Positions 24,119 through 38,420 of a stretch of 64,000 bases of DNA are shown here, piece by piece. Each line of letters opens with the position of its first letter. Within the stretch, counting starts at the first letter, position 1. Source of the DNA: Lama glama (taxonomy: Eukaryota); the NCBI GenBank assembly GCA_028534125.1, contig CM052817.1, positions 41,294,001-41,358,000 of the forward strand, read 5' to 3'. The notes beneath the pieces were generated by a model, which worked only from the letters and a program-made list of their open reading frames with translations, did no database searches and was not told where the DNA came from. The translations under genes and the position numbers were made by a program.

Positions 24119-26109
24119 ATACGCCCCTTGTTGTGCACTCCCGTGGACTTCTTAGAATTATTATATGCATACACCTGTCTTCTCTCTGCTATTGTGCTGT
24201 AATCTCTTTGAAAGCAACGTCTCATGATCTTTTTACATACTCACCAATACTTTGTATGTTGTATGAGCTTAAAAAATTTTTATAAAATTGAGTTGGGGAA
24301 AGTCCCCATTCATCTGCTCTCATTTGCTTAAGATTCAAAAGTGGATAAGTAAAATAGATCAGTAGAAAAGGTAAGTCTTCTTTCTTCATCGCCTGCCGGA
24401 TTCTCTTGCCACATTCCTTTTGGAACTCTTGGAGAGAGTGAGGTAATGCCTTTCATGCCTAAGGCACAATGGATGGTATGCTTTATACAAAGTGAATGTG
24501 TTCTTGGAAGGGAAGTCCTATAATTGCCTGCATCTTGAGAATCTGATATAATTTCATAGACCAAAAATATTTTTGGATAATTTTATTATTCACTTATTAT
24601 ATTTGGCTTATACTCTTTGGCTAAACATGAATTTGGAAAACAAAGAAGGGATAAATCCCAAATTGGATGAGTCAACATTTCTCATTGTAAACTTGATTTT
24701 ATTATCTTGTTTATTTTTATCATCCAAAGATGCAGCTCCACCAACTGGTTTGGCAAGCCCACATCAAATCAGCAAAAATGAGGCGTTGGTTCTTTCTTAG
24801 GGTTTCGTAAGAAGCTTCTTAAAGATTTCTGAGGACTTCACACTCAAAGCACATTAAGTGGTTACCAAAAGAGCTACTTATCGTGTGTTAGGTGCTGTTC
24901 TGAGAGCATTAAGATACAATTTTAGTCAAATCTCTTTTGACTGCTAAGTAACAGAAACCTGTTTCCAACTATTCGTGTGTAAGGGGATTCAGTGTGAGTC
25001 CAGTGAGTTAACTCACGGATACAAGGTCAGGAAGCTAGCTGAATACGGTGAAGAGAGGGGTCTAGGAACTGGACAGCTGTCAGGAGCCCAGGCGAGGTGT
25101 CCTCCCACTTTGTTTTTTCATCCCTTTCATCTCTCTCTTCCTCTGTGGGCAGCCTTTCCTGCTTGGCATGCGAAAGGCTAAATACCACCACCCACTGTTA
25201 TCTCCTCAGGTCGAGTAACCAACCTAGATATCCCGGGTTTTCTTACTGCTACGCCAAGACTGTGGGAAGATTTGTGTGGATGAGTTACTTTCTCTTGAGC
25301 AATGGGGATGGGGCTACTGTCACACAGTTCCAGTGTGGCTGCTGTGAGCCCCTTGGCTCCTGGGTGGGTGGTGCAAAGCTTGTCTATGACGCTGGTGTCG
25401 CTTAGTATGACAGCGGCCCTACGGGGCAGCTATTATCATTTCCATCTTATTGAAGAGGAAACTGAAGTTCAGAGGGACTAAAGGACTTCCTCCAGTCACA
25501 AAGTCAGGATCCCAAATCGAGCATGTCTGATCCAAATCTGTTGTCATCTGTTTCCTCCCTGTTCCTGGCTAGAAAACAGTTTGCTTCAGACGGGAGACCA
25601 TAACATACTTGGGCAAAGTAGACGGGCTACTCGTCTGATATCATAGGGATTGTGATGGTAGGCTAGCCATCCCCTACTTTTACCCCCTTTCTCAACCAGA
25701 AGCAGAACCAGAGGAACACAGGGACCATTTTCCTGGGACTCATCTTAAAGGGATGCGGCAGAGCCCCTGGTGAAGGACAGCCTGGGCTTGAGCAATGCGG
25801 GGGCGTCCACCGCGCCTTCTGATTTCAGAGGCTATCTCTCCTATCAGAGTCTGGCTGAATCACAAATATATTCAGAAGCATGTAAAAACTACATCGCTAT
25901 AAATTTTAAAAGATATTATCTGGAAGCCAAGATTCAGAAATCAGCCTGATTTTAATTCTTGTCCATGTTTAACAAAATATATCTTCACACACAGAAAAAA
26001 GCAGAACTGCTTTGCATTATTTAGCAGCGTAAATGGGCTCCTGAGAGTGTCTTATACTCTTCATTCTTTGGTACCTGAAAAGCCTGAAAATCTGGTTTCA
26101 TGTGGTCTT

Positions 26110-26268
26110 TTTTGGGGGGGGGGTAATTCATTTTCTTTCTTTTCTTTTCTTTCTTTCTTTCTTTCTCTCTTTCTCTCTTTCTTTCATGGAGGTACTGGAG
26201 AATTGAACCCAGGACCTCATGCATGCTAAACATTGCACCCTACTACTGAGCTATATCCTCCCCACACC
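26110..26268 (-). mobile_element. tRNA-Ala-derived camelid SINE (Vic-1 type)
   Basis: Reverse complement gives ggggaggatatagctcagtagtaggg...tagcatgcatgaggtcctgggttcaattctccagtacctcca; (CTTT)n linker; TSD cat(g/a)tggtctt at 26099-26109 and 26269-26279. Confidence 0.85.
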
Positions 26269-27039
26269 CATATGGTCTTAATTAGGGGACTCACTCACTC
26301 ATGGTTTTGCTCCCTTTCATGTAAGCAGGATTTTTCAGTAGATGTGTGACACTCAACTAGACAAAAATTACACCTTCTTGTCCGCTTTCACTCTGTCTTC
26401 TCCTTGCCCGTATTTCCCCCAGAGGAATGTCTATGTATTTTCGGCTGTCTCAACAGGCAATTTTCTCCTGTTTATTTCTTGCCTTTGCAATGTTTTCACC
26501 TTCACTTCTTTTTAAACCAAGGTGTCATAATACATTAGCTTCCTTCTAAAATGTTACACTTGGTTATTTATCCTTTTTAAATTAGTTTGTATAAAGCGAT
26601 TCAGGGATGTAATTTGCCCATGAGGTTGTTAGGCACGTTTCTGTCGTTCCCACCTGAGCTCCCAGCCTCCCTGGGAGACCTTTCTAAACATCTGTCCTGA
26701 AGTTCACCTTGGGGAATCCTCCAGTGACACCTCACCACTTCTGTGATACCTCCAGACCCTTCATCTGCCTTGCAAAGCATGTAGGCAGCAAATCACAGCC
26801 ACTCAACGATTGCAAAATGCAGACTTTCATCTGCGTGGTCTGGGAATTCTCAATCAGCAACTGCTGATTAAGCACTTGCTTATGTGGCCCTCAGTGCTAT
26901 GTGGAAAGCCCTGGTGAACAGGGGGGAAAAAGAAAAAAAGGAACACACAGGTCTTGTTCTGAGGAAGATTACAATCTCATAGGGACAATACGAAGTCACA
27001 AAAGGACAGCTAACAGTAAGAGGCAGTAGACAGCAAGTA

Positions 27040-27042
<3 letters not shown>

Positions 27043-27075
<33 letters not shown>
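27043..27075. repeat. (GA)n microsatellite
   Basis: Perfect agagagag run of ~16 units. Confidence 0.95.
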
Positions 27076-27079
<4 letters not shown>

Positions 27080-27435
27080 TGTTGTCATTAGCAGGTTTTA
27101 GAGACCGGAGGAGGAGGAAGGCACTTCTTTTCAGGATGCGGGGAAGGCACAGGGGAGAGCCGGGGAAGAGTGATGTTCAAAAGGCAGAAAAGCATGGGCC
27201 TTGTTCAGTAGAATGTGCTAGGCACTTTCTCTAAAATGAAGGATCTGGGACAGATGAGTGGGAGAGGAAGCTGTGGTAGTATTTGGGACAACTTGGGAAC
27301 AGGACTTGAGCTTTAAAAAAAGAAAAATCGGGATTTATCCTAAGACAACCCCAAATTAAATTCATGAATATGGTACAGTATGATCTCTCATTTGCCCTTT
27401 CTCTATTCTCTCTCTCTCTTTCCGTTTATTTTATA

Positions 27436-27674
27436 CAGTTGACCCTTAAACAACATGAATTTGAACTGTGCAAATTCACTTATATGCAGTTTTTTTCAAT
27501 AGTATAAATCCATGATGTTACACAATTTGCAGTTGGCTGACCCTGTGAAGGCAAAACCCAAGATGCAGGGGAACCACGGACATGGAGGCTGAATAAAGTT
27601 ACACACGGATTTTTGTGTGGAGGGCTGGTGCTCCCAACCCCAGCCCCACCCCTGCAGTGTTCAAGGGTCAGCTG
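27436..27674 (+). mobile_element. MER8/Tigger2a-like MITE (239 bp)
   Basis: TIRs CAGTTGACCCTTAAACA and TGTTCAAGGGTCAGCTG with TA target duplications on both sides. Confidence 0.9.
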
Positions 27675-29984
27675 TATATATATATAGAGAACTAGAATAA
27701 TATTCATCAAGTACTAAAAATGTTTATTATTAGGTGGTAAGATTTGGGATCATCTGTAGTTTTCCTTTTTTGTACTTTCTTTTATTGCTAAAAATTTTTT
27801 TTATCATGAATGTGTATCATTTTTATAAAAATGGTAAAGTCATCCTTTAAAGAAGTATAGATGTAAAGTTACTTGCTAGGAAGTTGCAAAATGATGTCCC
27901 AAGCCTTATGTGCAGGTCACAGGGAGGCCGTGCACCCTCCCTGCACATAACGACTCCAGGTGATGGTGGGAAAGTCTTCAGTGACTTTTTTGTGAGAATT
28001 TTTAAACTTTTTCATCTCTGAGGCCAAGTCAAATGATCGAACTGGCCGAAAAGTGGAAATTGAAGTCTAATTCTTTAACATCAGCAAGTCAAATGGTATC
28101 AATCATCTCAGTAATTTTCTAAGCTTTTTAAAACAAGTCTGAGATTCACACATCCAACTTTCCACTTGGCCTCTTTTTATCCAAGGGAGAATAGAAAAAT
28201 TAATAGGCACACATTAAATGACGTACACACTAAAACATTTTTAACTGTATCAGTTTACTTGGGATTTCTCCACCTACTCACCCACAGTGTCTTGCAGAGT
28301 TGCTGAAGAGGCCCCAGGCATCCCCGTAGCGTGGTGAATGCAGACTCTGAGTGCGCACCTGACTTGAGGAGAATGAACAAGCCTGCACCATTCAGCCCCA
28401 AAGCAACAGTGACTGCAGACATCACACTGCAGGTCAGAGGGAGAGAGAGGTTATAATAGATTCATATATTTTTTAAGTCAGAAGGCATAGTAGGACTTTG
28501 TTCTAGTCATAAGGCATTTAAAAAGTTCAACGGGGTTTTGAGAAAATATACACTTGTTTCTAACAAAGTCTGTTACTGCACAGTTTCATTTACATTGTCA
28601 GTCACACATTTCAGCAAAACATTTCACCAAGACTTGCAGTCTTGCCTTCATAGATTACTGCCTAAGTAAGAGCCTCAAATACATCCCACTCTCGACTTGT
28701 AACATTATTTTGTCCTATACCCCAGTGCCGGCAATTTGTGGCACTCTATAAATTTCAACACTTGATACTTGCTCTGCTTTTTGATCGATATTTAAATTTG
28801 ATTCGTCAAACAACACTTAGATGATTACAAGACTGAGAAAGGAAAAAAAGGAGACACTTCTGGAACCCACATAGGATTGTAAAATTTAATTCCTGAAGGA
28901 TTAATATATGGAAGGTTGAGCCAGTGAGAACAGTGAGTATCACATGGGCTTTGTAAGGAGATTTTTCATTTACTGAAAACAATATAAAGAAAAACTCTGA
29001 CTCTTAACTGAGGATCTGGATGTTTGTTTCAGGTTTTTGGTGTGCTTTGTTAGAAAGGGGGGCCCATTCATAGAATAATTGTATTTTAGAGCTGGAAAGG
29101 ACCTAAGAAATAATTTCATTCAACTTTTTGAGGGCGAGAGCAAATGACACATTATCTATGATACTTTCTCATTCTCCAGTGAGAATTAATCTTTAAAAAC
29201 TTATTTATGATTATCAAACAATTAGATGCACACAAAAGAAAATCTGATGAACAAAGCCTTATTTAAATCTGATCTATTTCCTTCCAGAATTTTTCCATAT
29301 ACCTATTAGATAGTGTCTTATCACAATATCCTTAAAATTAAAAAAAAATTATTGTGTGACATGCCATCACATGGATGAACCATAATTGATTTAGTAGTTT
29401 CAACACATTTTTGGACATTTAGATTTTTTCTGAACTTTTATTATGATAAACAAAGCTATGATTACTCCTCTTTGTATGCACCTCTGATTGTATTTCAGGA
29501 TTAATTTAAAGAGGTGGAATTCTTGTTGAAAGGCAAAAATGGAATCTGCTTTTCAGAAAATGCACACAATAGTAGTAAACGAAGATGCCTGTTTAACTTA
29601 CTTGTCCGCAGCACGTTATACTTTCATGAACGTGCAAATCATGTTGCTTCTGGTGCTATAATTACTTGAGGACGTGGCTGCGTCATTATAGAGATAAGGA
29701 AACCAAGATCCAGATGGTGTGGTTGAGTCGCCCAAGTTCACATAATTGGTGGCAAGGCTAAAGTTAGAACCAAGCTCTCTTGACTTCCCATCTGGTGCTC
29801 TTTTGCTATAATTCTTTACACATCCCTCAATCAAATATGCTTACTACCATGATGGCTCTAGCTGTACATTTTTATTCATTTCTAAGACATTTTTAGACAG
29901 ACACTAAGATGTCAAGTGCTCAGTGTTTTCTGCTGTGCCTTTTCCTTTATTTAGGAACTTGTCTTTCCCCCTCCTCATCCATGT

Positions 29985-30150
29985 ATCAGAGATTTGAAAC
30001 TTGTAACATTAGCATCATCTTGTTAGCTTGTTAGAAACGCAGAATCTCAGGCCCAGTCCAAGTCAAGGCCCTATCCTGAATCCGAATCTGCATTTTAACC
30101 AGCTCCCCGGGGGGTTTATAGACACATTACAATTTGAGAAGTATTGTGCT
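29985..30150 (+). mobile_element. MER5A hAT-Charlie element
   Basis: agcttgttagaaacgcagaatctcaggccc...ctgaatccgaatctgcattttaaccagctccccg...cattacaatttgagaagtattg. Confidence 0.8.
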
Positions 30151-31182
30151 AAAACATTTGAGGTGTCTCTCTTGCAATGAGGTAGCCAATTTTTAAAAAT
30201 CATCATAATAGAGAGAAATAAAAACGTGTATTAACACCTTAAATTGAATTGATGGATGATAATACCTTTCCCCCAAATATGGCTAAACAGTTCTCAGACA
30301 GTCAGTATCAGTTGGGCCATAATAACCAAAACCTTTGTTTCTTATACTGCAATAATATACTGAAGGATTTTGTCTCTGGGAACCAAGTTCTACCATAAAA
30401 ACTGCAAAGCTGATTACAAAATAAATAAATATACAGAACAGAAATGAAAATTTTTAGATTATTATGAAAAATATTTATTTGGTAAAATCAAGCATCTTTT
30501 GCTGTCTTTTGAGGCTATTTTAGGGGCTGAACTGATGATATATCTTAAAGTACTCATCCAGTGAAGTTAGGAACATAATACGGATTTCTCCCCCCCTGGC
30601 AAACTTTGTATTGCAAACAGAGGTATTCTTCATTGCTCCAGACTTCTAAATTTTATTCGGAATTTTGACAATAGCTCTTAAAAAGTTTTTGCTAATTTCA
30701 TGCATAGGATTGTTGGAGAAAATCTTTGAATGAGAAATACCAGGGGCGAGCTCAGGTCCTTTGGTACCTTGTGGCCTCCTGCGTCCCACTCTTGGGTCAC
30801 TCTTTAAGATGAGTTTCATTTTTCCTTTGGATGGCTTGTGTATACTAGGGAAACTTGTAAATGGTTCCGAGGGTTTTTATAGATCTAGATCTCTATTCTG
30901 AGTCACTCCTCGGGGAGGTCCGATGCCCACCGGCTTCTCAGGCAGCTCTCTGAGGAAGCCTGATCTGCTGGCTGTGATGGAGAGAAAGGGAGGCAGCTGC
31001 AGAGTGCACAAACCCACTGCATAGTCTTCTCGAAACTTTCAAGGAGTCAGAAGAAAATGCTAGGTTCAAAGCTTTCGATGTTCAAAGAGTTGATGTAAAA
31101 GCACTCTTGAAATTTCAATATTTAAAAAAACTTGTAACACAGAAATTATAGCAACTCCCAACTTTTGAGACAAGGTTTTTCT

Positions 31183-31310
31183 GGGGGAGGGTATGGCTCA
31201 AATGGCAGTGTGTGCTTAGCATGTACAAGGTTCTGGGTTCAACCCCAAGTACCTCCATTAAAAAAATTAATTAATAAAAATAAAATAAACCTAACTACCC
31301 CCTCAAAAGA
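31183..31310 (+). mobile_element. tRNA-Ala-derived camelid SINE (Vic-1 type)
   Basis: gggggagggtatggctcaaatggcagtgtgtgcttagcatgtacaaggttctgggttcaaccccaagtacctcca, then an A-rich linker and aaacctaactacccc tail. Confidence 0.85.
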
Positions 31311-32399
31311 CATTTTTTTCCTTTTTTTAAAGTATAAAGTCACTTTATAGGATTTAGTGAAAATTTGCTGTATGATACAAAAACATGGTTGGAAAAAAAG
31401 CTTTGTTTTCCAGCTATGAAAGCCATTAATTTGGATTTTATAAAATCAAAGAACTCATTTGATTATCATCAGCTTATTTCCCCCCGTCCCCCCCCCCACA
31501 AATGTACCGGGGGACACTGAGTCAATCGGACTTGCCCTTCTAGAGAAAAGCCAGTTAAATTGCTTACCCACAAAAAAATGTATCTTTTTCATTTCAGTCC
31601 AAATGTCTTTACTTATGGAGTAATAATTCCACTTTCCAAAATGTTCTCAGAGAAAAAAGAATAATTTTAACATAACTTCTTTTTAAAAAATATTATAGCC
31701 AAGAGGGATTTTTCTCCCTCAATTCTGCTCTTGCTAAAAATTGATTTCTTCTTTGCAATGTTGATAATCAATAAAAGCCTGTAGCCAAACTCCGCAAAGC
31801 ACCCGTGGTAACCCAGTCCTTCGATAAATCCAGGGCCTCTCCCAGCGGTTTCCCGGCCAAACCACCCCACCACTTTTATGATGATACATGAGGGTCAGAT
31901 CCAGGGACTTACCCGACATCCTCTAAATTAAAAGTCATTAGAGCAGGTAGTTTAAGGAACAGATTTATAACAAGTTTCAAATGAAACAAAGGTATTCCTC
32001 ACAGCTGTGAGCCATCTGCAACCAATTTCCTCATACTCGGGGTATACTGAAGATAAATATTGTCCTCATACCCACCCCACCCCCTCAGCACACGCAGAGA
32101 CTCATATAATATGCCACCCGGAGGAGCCTGAACGTTTCCAAGGTGTGCAGCTGCTCAGCCTCCCTTTGGCCTTTCTCTTGTAGTTCATATCAATTTCAAA
32201 TCATTACTACACTTATTACCCAGACCCTTACATTGCTGTTGAACCTGAATAAGCTGGTCAGAAAAATAAGGATCATTTAATTGCCATGAGGTTCACAGCT
32301 ATGACTGATTATTATTCAACGTGGTGGTGAGTAATATTAGAATCACAGTCTGGGTAATTTCCCATAAGAATGCAGAGAAACATATGAACACAGAGCAAT

Positions 32400-32600
32400 A
32401 TATCCTAGTGGTCCAGAGCAGGGCTTGGCTCGGACAGACCTGGATTTAAGGCTTTCTACTAGCTGTGTAAGCTTGACTTCCGTTTTCCTCAACTGTGACC
32501 TGGGGATGTGTATAGTATCTGCTTCCTGGGGTTCTGGGGAAGATTCAGTAGGATCATGCATGGAAAACCTCCAGAAGGTATTCAGCATCCAAGAAAGATT
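32400..32600 (+). mobile_element. MIR SINE
   Basis: agacctggatttaaggctttctactagctgtgtaagcttgacttccgttttcctcaactgtgacctggggatg. Confidence 0.6.
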
Positions 32601-33629
32601 AGTTTGTGAATAATATATTCAAAGTTACTTTGATTGACCATGATGACTACATGATAAAGCATTAAGATGTGAATACTGTCCAGGAATCTCTTTGATCTGT
32701 CACCTCCTGGCACTGAATGCTACACTACACAATACAAACTGTGGTGATCCCAGCATTCACTTCCCAAACTGTCCTGCATAGACATTAGCATCCCATAAGA
32801 TGTAACAGGTCCCCGTTCTCTCTTTCTATTGATAAACAAGGTAGATAATGTTGGGTTGAATACAAATAGTCTTTCCTATTTGATTGTCTCCACAGAATCT
32901 TTAATATGCTGATTGTCACTGTCAATTTCAGCACGGTGGTGATGGCAGCAACCATGGCTGTAACGGTGGGGATTACAGTTTACCTTGTTTCCTAGTCTTA
33001 TTTTACCAAAGAACACTTGTTTGTTGGTTGGTTTGTTTTTGACAGAATATCCACATAGGTGGTTTATTAAATGGTCCAAGGTGGGTGTGTGTCTTCCTTA
33101 GTGCGTTTGGGCTGCCATAACAAAAATACAGTAGACTGGGTGGCTTAAACACAGACCAGCAGATCCGCTGCATAAGTAGACATTTGGTTAGGGAATTAGA
33201 TGTCTCGCTCTCCTTCTGAAAGGATCTGCCAAATTTTAAGGAAGTATTGACTAGTGCTTTCTTTACTTGGTCTTTGGGGTGAAGAAGCAGCCCCTTTTTT
33301 CACAGGAAAGTGAGGGAAGAGCTTTGGCACTTCACACCCTTGAACTTGTACCTTTTCCTTTCCCCTCCTCCCCGCTCCCTATTCTTCATGCACGGGAGAT
33401 GGGGTTGGGTGTGGGTGATAAGGGCATGTCTCTGAGGTGGCTCAGCTGCCACTGATGAAGCCCTAGACATAGTAAGAATCTGGTTTCCAATTGCTTCCAG
33501 TTCTCTTTACTCTCTAGAAAGTGGATTATTCCTGACTGTGGGTCCTGTTCAGCAGAAAAGTCTGCTCAACATTTTGTAACTATTGTTAATTCTGTAAATG
33601 CTGGATTCTAGGTTTTGTGAAGACGGGGC

Positions 33630-33710
33630 TCAGGATTGTCTTGTTCATTTATATCCCCCAGTACTTAGTACTTAATAATAGGAACTCAGTAAATGTTTGT
33701 TGAATGAGTA
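33630..33710 (+). mobile_element. L2 3' end
   Basis: gtcttgttcatttatatccccagtacttag...taggaactcagtaaatgtttgttgaatgagt. Confidence 0.7.
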
Positions 33711-35010
33711 GATAATAATCACTTAGGGAACTTGTTTTAGTACAGATGACCAGGCTTTACTGGCAGAAATTCTCACTTAATAGTTCTGGTTTGACGGGAC
33801 ACACTTTGAGAAATACTGGCTAGTCCATAAACAGATTAACCTTGTATGGTTCTTCACCTATGGGTTAATGATTGCTTAAACACATGTTTGTAATGGTGAT
33901 TTCAGCAACTCTCTCTTGACTGCATTTGAAAAAAATATATATACAGACATACAGCCACAAATGCACACACATCACACATAGGCAAGAGAAAAGAGGAAAT
34001 AAGTTACAGAAGTGATGTTTGAAACAACATTTTGGGACTCATGAATACATAACCTCATGGAAAATGTCCTTGGAAAACCCTATAACCATTTCTGACTTTT
34101 ACATATGGGTAGAAGTGCCTTCTCTTATTGTGATTAAATCACATGTTTATATGGTACAGAGCAAGATTCCTTAATTCCCAGGGTCCTTGCCTGTGGTGAA
34201 ACCCTGGAAGGGGCCATGGGTGGGGCTCTGGAGCTTCCACTTTGCAGATGGTACCAGTTGTAAGAGTAAATACTGGATGTGAGTCTCTAGAGTTTTCAGT
34301 ACAATGTATTTCACAAGCACAGAATAGAAATTGTAACCCCAGTACTTTCAAAGAGTGGTCATTATCACCATAGATGTAGAAAATCTGCTTAAACTGTATA
34401 CCAGGGTAAGTGAACCCCAAAGAATCTGATTTAATTGGGAAAGATTTGAATTTATAAAGATAATATTTTTAACAGAAATGGACACAAATAGCTACAATTT
34501 GTCTTATTTCATGTATTTCTTGTAACGATGTTTTTATTGAAATATACGTACAGCAAAATGCACTTCATATGTTTGCTTTTGTTTTCACATTGTATAATGA
34601 AAATTCTGTTAGAAGCAGAATAAATATTCTAAAATCTTGTTGTTATTTGAAATGAAGTTTCCATCATAACCATGTAATACATGGTTGTAGAGGTTAATTT
34701 CATCAAATTAGATTATTACTTTGTAAGTCACACTATTTTCAGATGTTTTCTAGAAAGTTAGAGGACATTACATGATATTTTATTATCAGATAAAGCTGAC
34801 ATCTCAGAGATCAGGCAAGTTATAAGTGAAGGAGGTCACCACTTCAAGGGTTTAGAATGATGAACTTTTCAAAGCCGAAGTCAGAAAAACCTCCAGTCTT
34901 CAAACTTTTGAGTTATGAAGTAGCCCCAATAGCCCCTTTGCCTCAAAGATACTGCTTAGAATGAGAGCTAGGATGACAGGACAGAAATCCAGGGGGATTG
35001 ATGCCAAAGC

Positions 35011-35983
35011 TTTCTTTCTTTTTTTTTTTTTTAACTTTTTTTAAATTGAGTAATAGTCATTTTACAATGTTGTATCAAATTCCAGTGTAGAGCACAATTT
35101 TTCAGTTGTACATGAACATACATATATTCATTGTCACATTTTTTTCGCTGTGAGCTACCACAAGATCATGTATGTATTTCCTTGTGCTATACAGTATAAT
35201 CTTGTTTATCTATTCTACATTTTGAAATCCCAGTCTGTCCCTGCCCACCCCTCTCCCCCTTGGCAATCACAAGTTTGTATTCTATGTCTATGAGTCTGTT
35301 TCCGTTTTGTATTTATGGTTTCTTGGTTTTTTTTTTTTAGATTTGACATGTGAGTGATCTCATATGGTAGTTTTCTTTCTCTTTCTGGCTTACTTCACTT
35401 AGAATGACATTCTCCAGGAACATCCATGTTGCTGCAAATGGCGTTATGTTGTTGGTTTTTATGGCTGAGTAGTATTTCATTGTGTAAATATACCACCTCT
35501 TCTTTATCCAGTCATCTGTTTCCATGTCTTGGCTATTGTAAATAGTGCTGCTATGAACATTGGGGTGCAGGTGTCATCCTGAAGTAAGGTTCCTTCTGGG
35601 TATATGCCCAGGAGCGGGATTCCTGGGTCATACGGTAAGTCTATTCCTAGTCTTTTGAGGAATCTCCACACTGTTTCCCACAGTAGCTGCACCAAACTGC
35701 ATTCCCACCAGCAGTGTAAGAGGATTCCCTTTTCTCCACAGCCTCTCCAGCATTTGTCATTTGTGGACTTTTGAATGATGGCCATTCTGACCGGTGTGAG
35801 GTGATACTTCATTGTAGTTTTGATTTGCATTTCTCTGATAATTAGTGATATTGAGCATTTTTTCATGTGCCTTTTGATCATTTGTATGTCTTCCTTGGAG
35901 AATTGCTTGTTTAGGTCTTTTGCCCATTTTTGGATCGGGTTGTTTGTTTTTTTCTTATTAAGTCGTAAGAGCTGCTTATATAT
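35011..35983 (-). mobile_element. Relatively young L1 3' part (ORF2 C-terminus plus 3' UTR and poly-A), cut off by the assembly gap
   Basis: ORF2 peptide [30 protein letters not shown]...[18 protein letters not shown]...; long poly-T tail at 35011-35042. Confidence 0.95.
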
Positions 35984-36083
35984 NNNNNNNNNNNNNNNNN
36001 NNNNNNNNNNNNNNNNNNNNNNNNNNNNNNNNNNNNNNNNNNNNNNNNNNNNNNNNNNNNNNNNNNNNNNNNNNNNNNNNNNN
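35984..36083. other. Assembly gap (100 N, size probably nominal)
   Basis: Run of exactly 100 n. Confidence 1.
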
Positions 36084-36302
36084 TGGGACTTCAGGATTTT
36101 GCAGACACAAACTATTATATATAAAATAGATAAATAACAAGTCCTACTGTACAGCACAGGGAACTAAATTCAATACCTTATTATAGCCTATAATGAAAAG
36201 GTATATATATATATATATATATAAAACTGAATCACTGTGCTGTATACCAGATACTAACACATTGTAAATCAACTATACTTCAATTAAAAAAATAAATAAA
36301 AT
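36084..36302 (+). mobile_element. L1 3' UTR end
   Basis: aacaagtcctactgtacagcacagggaac...gtaaatcaactatacttcaattaaaaaaataaataaaa. Confidence 0.9.
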
Positions 36303-37179
36303 CGGTCTTTTACCTTTTAAAAAAGAATGCAACATACCTAAGTGTTGTCAGTCTCAAACAAAGAAACAAACCAACCAACCCCAACTTTCTCTCTGGGCAC
36401 AGTTTCTAACACCGAACTTCGAAACGTCCTCTACTTCGTTACCTTACACTGTGTTCAAAGCCCTGCCAGGATCCCAGCGGAAACTGCAGGAAGGTGTTAG
36501 CTTACTGAGTAGGGAAAAAACCAACCTCTTGTGGTATATAAAGCTGTGGTTTACAAACCTAGGGGGTTCTTATATAATGCTGAGTGATTTATGGATGTGA
36601 AAGGGAACTTTTAAAATATACTCTATCTTTAGTGTTCTTTGCAACTATTAGGAGCAAAAAAATTTCAGGAGTCCAATGAACTGTTTTAAAATGTTCTCAT
36701 TGCTTTTTTTTTTTTTGCTTTGATTCTTTAATAGAAGCATTCAACAGAAAACACAAAAACACATAAAAATGCAAGGCATAATTACGACCTAAAATTACAG
36801 TAGTGAGTCACTATTAGGCATACATTTATGTGTCCCTCTGATGCTAACAGCTCTCTTGCAATGATACCCAGATACTTTGCTGCTGAACCAACACAAAGAC
36901 ATCTTGTATCTCACTGTCAAATTTCTTTCTCAAATGTACTACTCCAATCCATTCCTTTACAAATTTTTATTAATTCACAGTGTAGGTCAGTTCCTAGTGA
37001 TCCATGGTACTCTGATGATTTTATGACTATTCACAGCATGGGTTATTCCTCCTCATGATTTCTCAGAGGAGTTTCTGTCAATAAAAAAAAAGAGAGATGC
37101 TGGACACAGGCTGGGTACTTGGTATTTGGTTATGGTAGCCCAAGCAAAGGAAGACGGTCTGTCAGGAATGTATTATTCA

Positions 37180-37730
37180 GTTATAGGAGACAGAAAACTC
37201 TAGGAGAATGGGATAGTAGTGTAAGGGCCTGGCATTGAGCTTTTGATTGTGGAAGCATCCATTTCAAAAGACATCTATTTCAATTAAACATATCTGCAAC
37301 TCTATGACTCTGCTCCTGGCAAAATAACCAGATAAGGAACTAGGCCACCCACACGCATGAACTTCCCTGGACCACCCAGATAACTGACCCCTTGAAGGGC
37401 CCTTCCTTCACTCTCCTGAGCCCCAATACCCTCTCATGCTTTGAATTAGCCCATAATGAGTGACCCTGAAAAACCCTAGACACCTTTCCTTGGACCCTAA
37501 TAAAAATGCAGAGCCCCAGGTCCCCACTCCTTATCTTTCTCTCCTCATGACTTTGCTGTGTGGTCCTCAGCTGCACTTTCTAGGATCTCTGGGTGATGAA
37601 ACTTGTTTCTTAAAGTTCCTTGATTTTTTTCCCCTGAAGTGTATCCTATGATCATAATCAGAACTGCAAGGATGGGCCCAGATACAACATTGGCCTTAGG
37701 GATGGGGTTGGAAATGTCTCTGGGCCTTGC
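37180..37730 (+). mobile_element. Old LTR (ERVL-class, MER73/MER74-like)
   Basis: gaccctaataaaaatgcagagccccaggtcccc...gactttgctgtgtggtcctcag R/U5-like segment; family assignment tentative. Confidence 0.45.
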
Positions 37731-37789
37731 TAGGAATGATAGGGGCCCAGGCAAGTGCCTCAGGCATTCCTAGCCCAGAGCATTACCAT

Positions 37790-38420
37790 CGTGGGCTGGG
37801 ACCAACAGGACATTACAAGTGACTTAAACATTAGGATTTTTTGGTCTCACAAAGAAATGCAGGGAAGGAAAGCCAGTTCAACGCAGGTGTGGTGGCTCAG
37901 CAGTACCATTAGTGACCCATCCACCACCTTTAACATTTAAGCCCTCATTTTCATGCTTGTTGCCTCATAGTCACAAGATGGTTGCTGTACCACCCAGCCT
38001 CCTGTTTGTATTCCAGGTTGTGAGCAAAGGGATAAAAGAAATTTAATGGTCATCCTGTCTTCCTAACAAGATCTTGCCTTTTTACTTGGGAAAGGTTGGC
38101 CTTACCAGAGATTTCTAGCTCTCTTTGGCGATGTCACATGACCAATTTGACCTGCAAAGAATGCTTTATCTGTGTATAGATTCAGGGATCTTTTAGTAGG
38201 GAAAATATATTTCATCCCTTGTACTCCTTGGACAATCTGCCATCCGTTCATACCCTTCTTCACATAAATGTACTTTATATTGAATACATTTACCCTCTGC
38301 TAGAGAAATAGCCCCAAGTTCTCCCCTACTGCTGTATTCCTCCTTAAGTCCGAGACGACCAGGCACAGGTAGGTCTCCCCGTCAGATCTGTGTGTGGCTC
38401 CGTTGTGCTGGGAAGCTCAT
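37790..38420 (-). mobile_element. MLT1J-like MaLR LTR followed by MLT1-int fragment
   Basis: gtgacttaaaca...gcctcatagtcacaagatggttgctgtacc (LTR), then agagaaatagccccaagttc...cagatctgtgtgtggctcc (internal-like). Confidence 0.55.

Noticed and set aside
35504..36157. 217-aa ORF, the longest in the track
   Set aside because: Artefact of reading through the N gap and joining unrelated L1 pieces.
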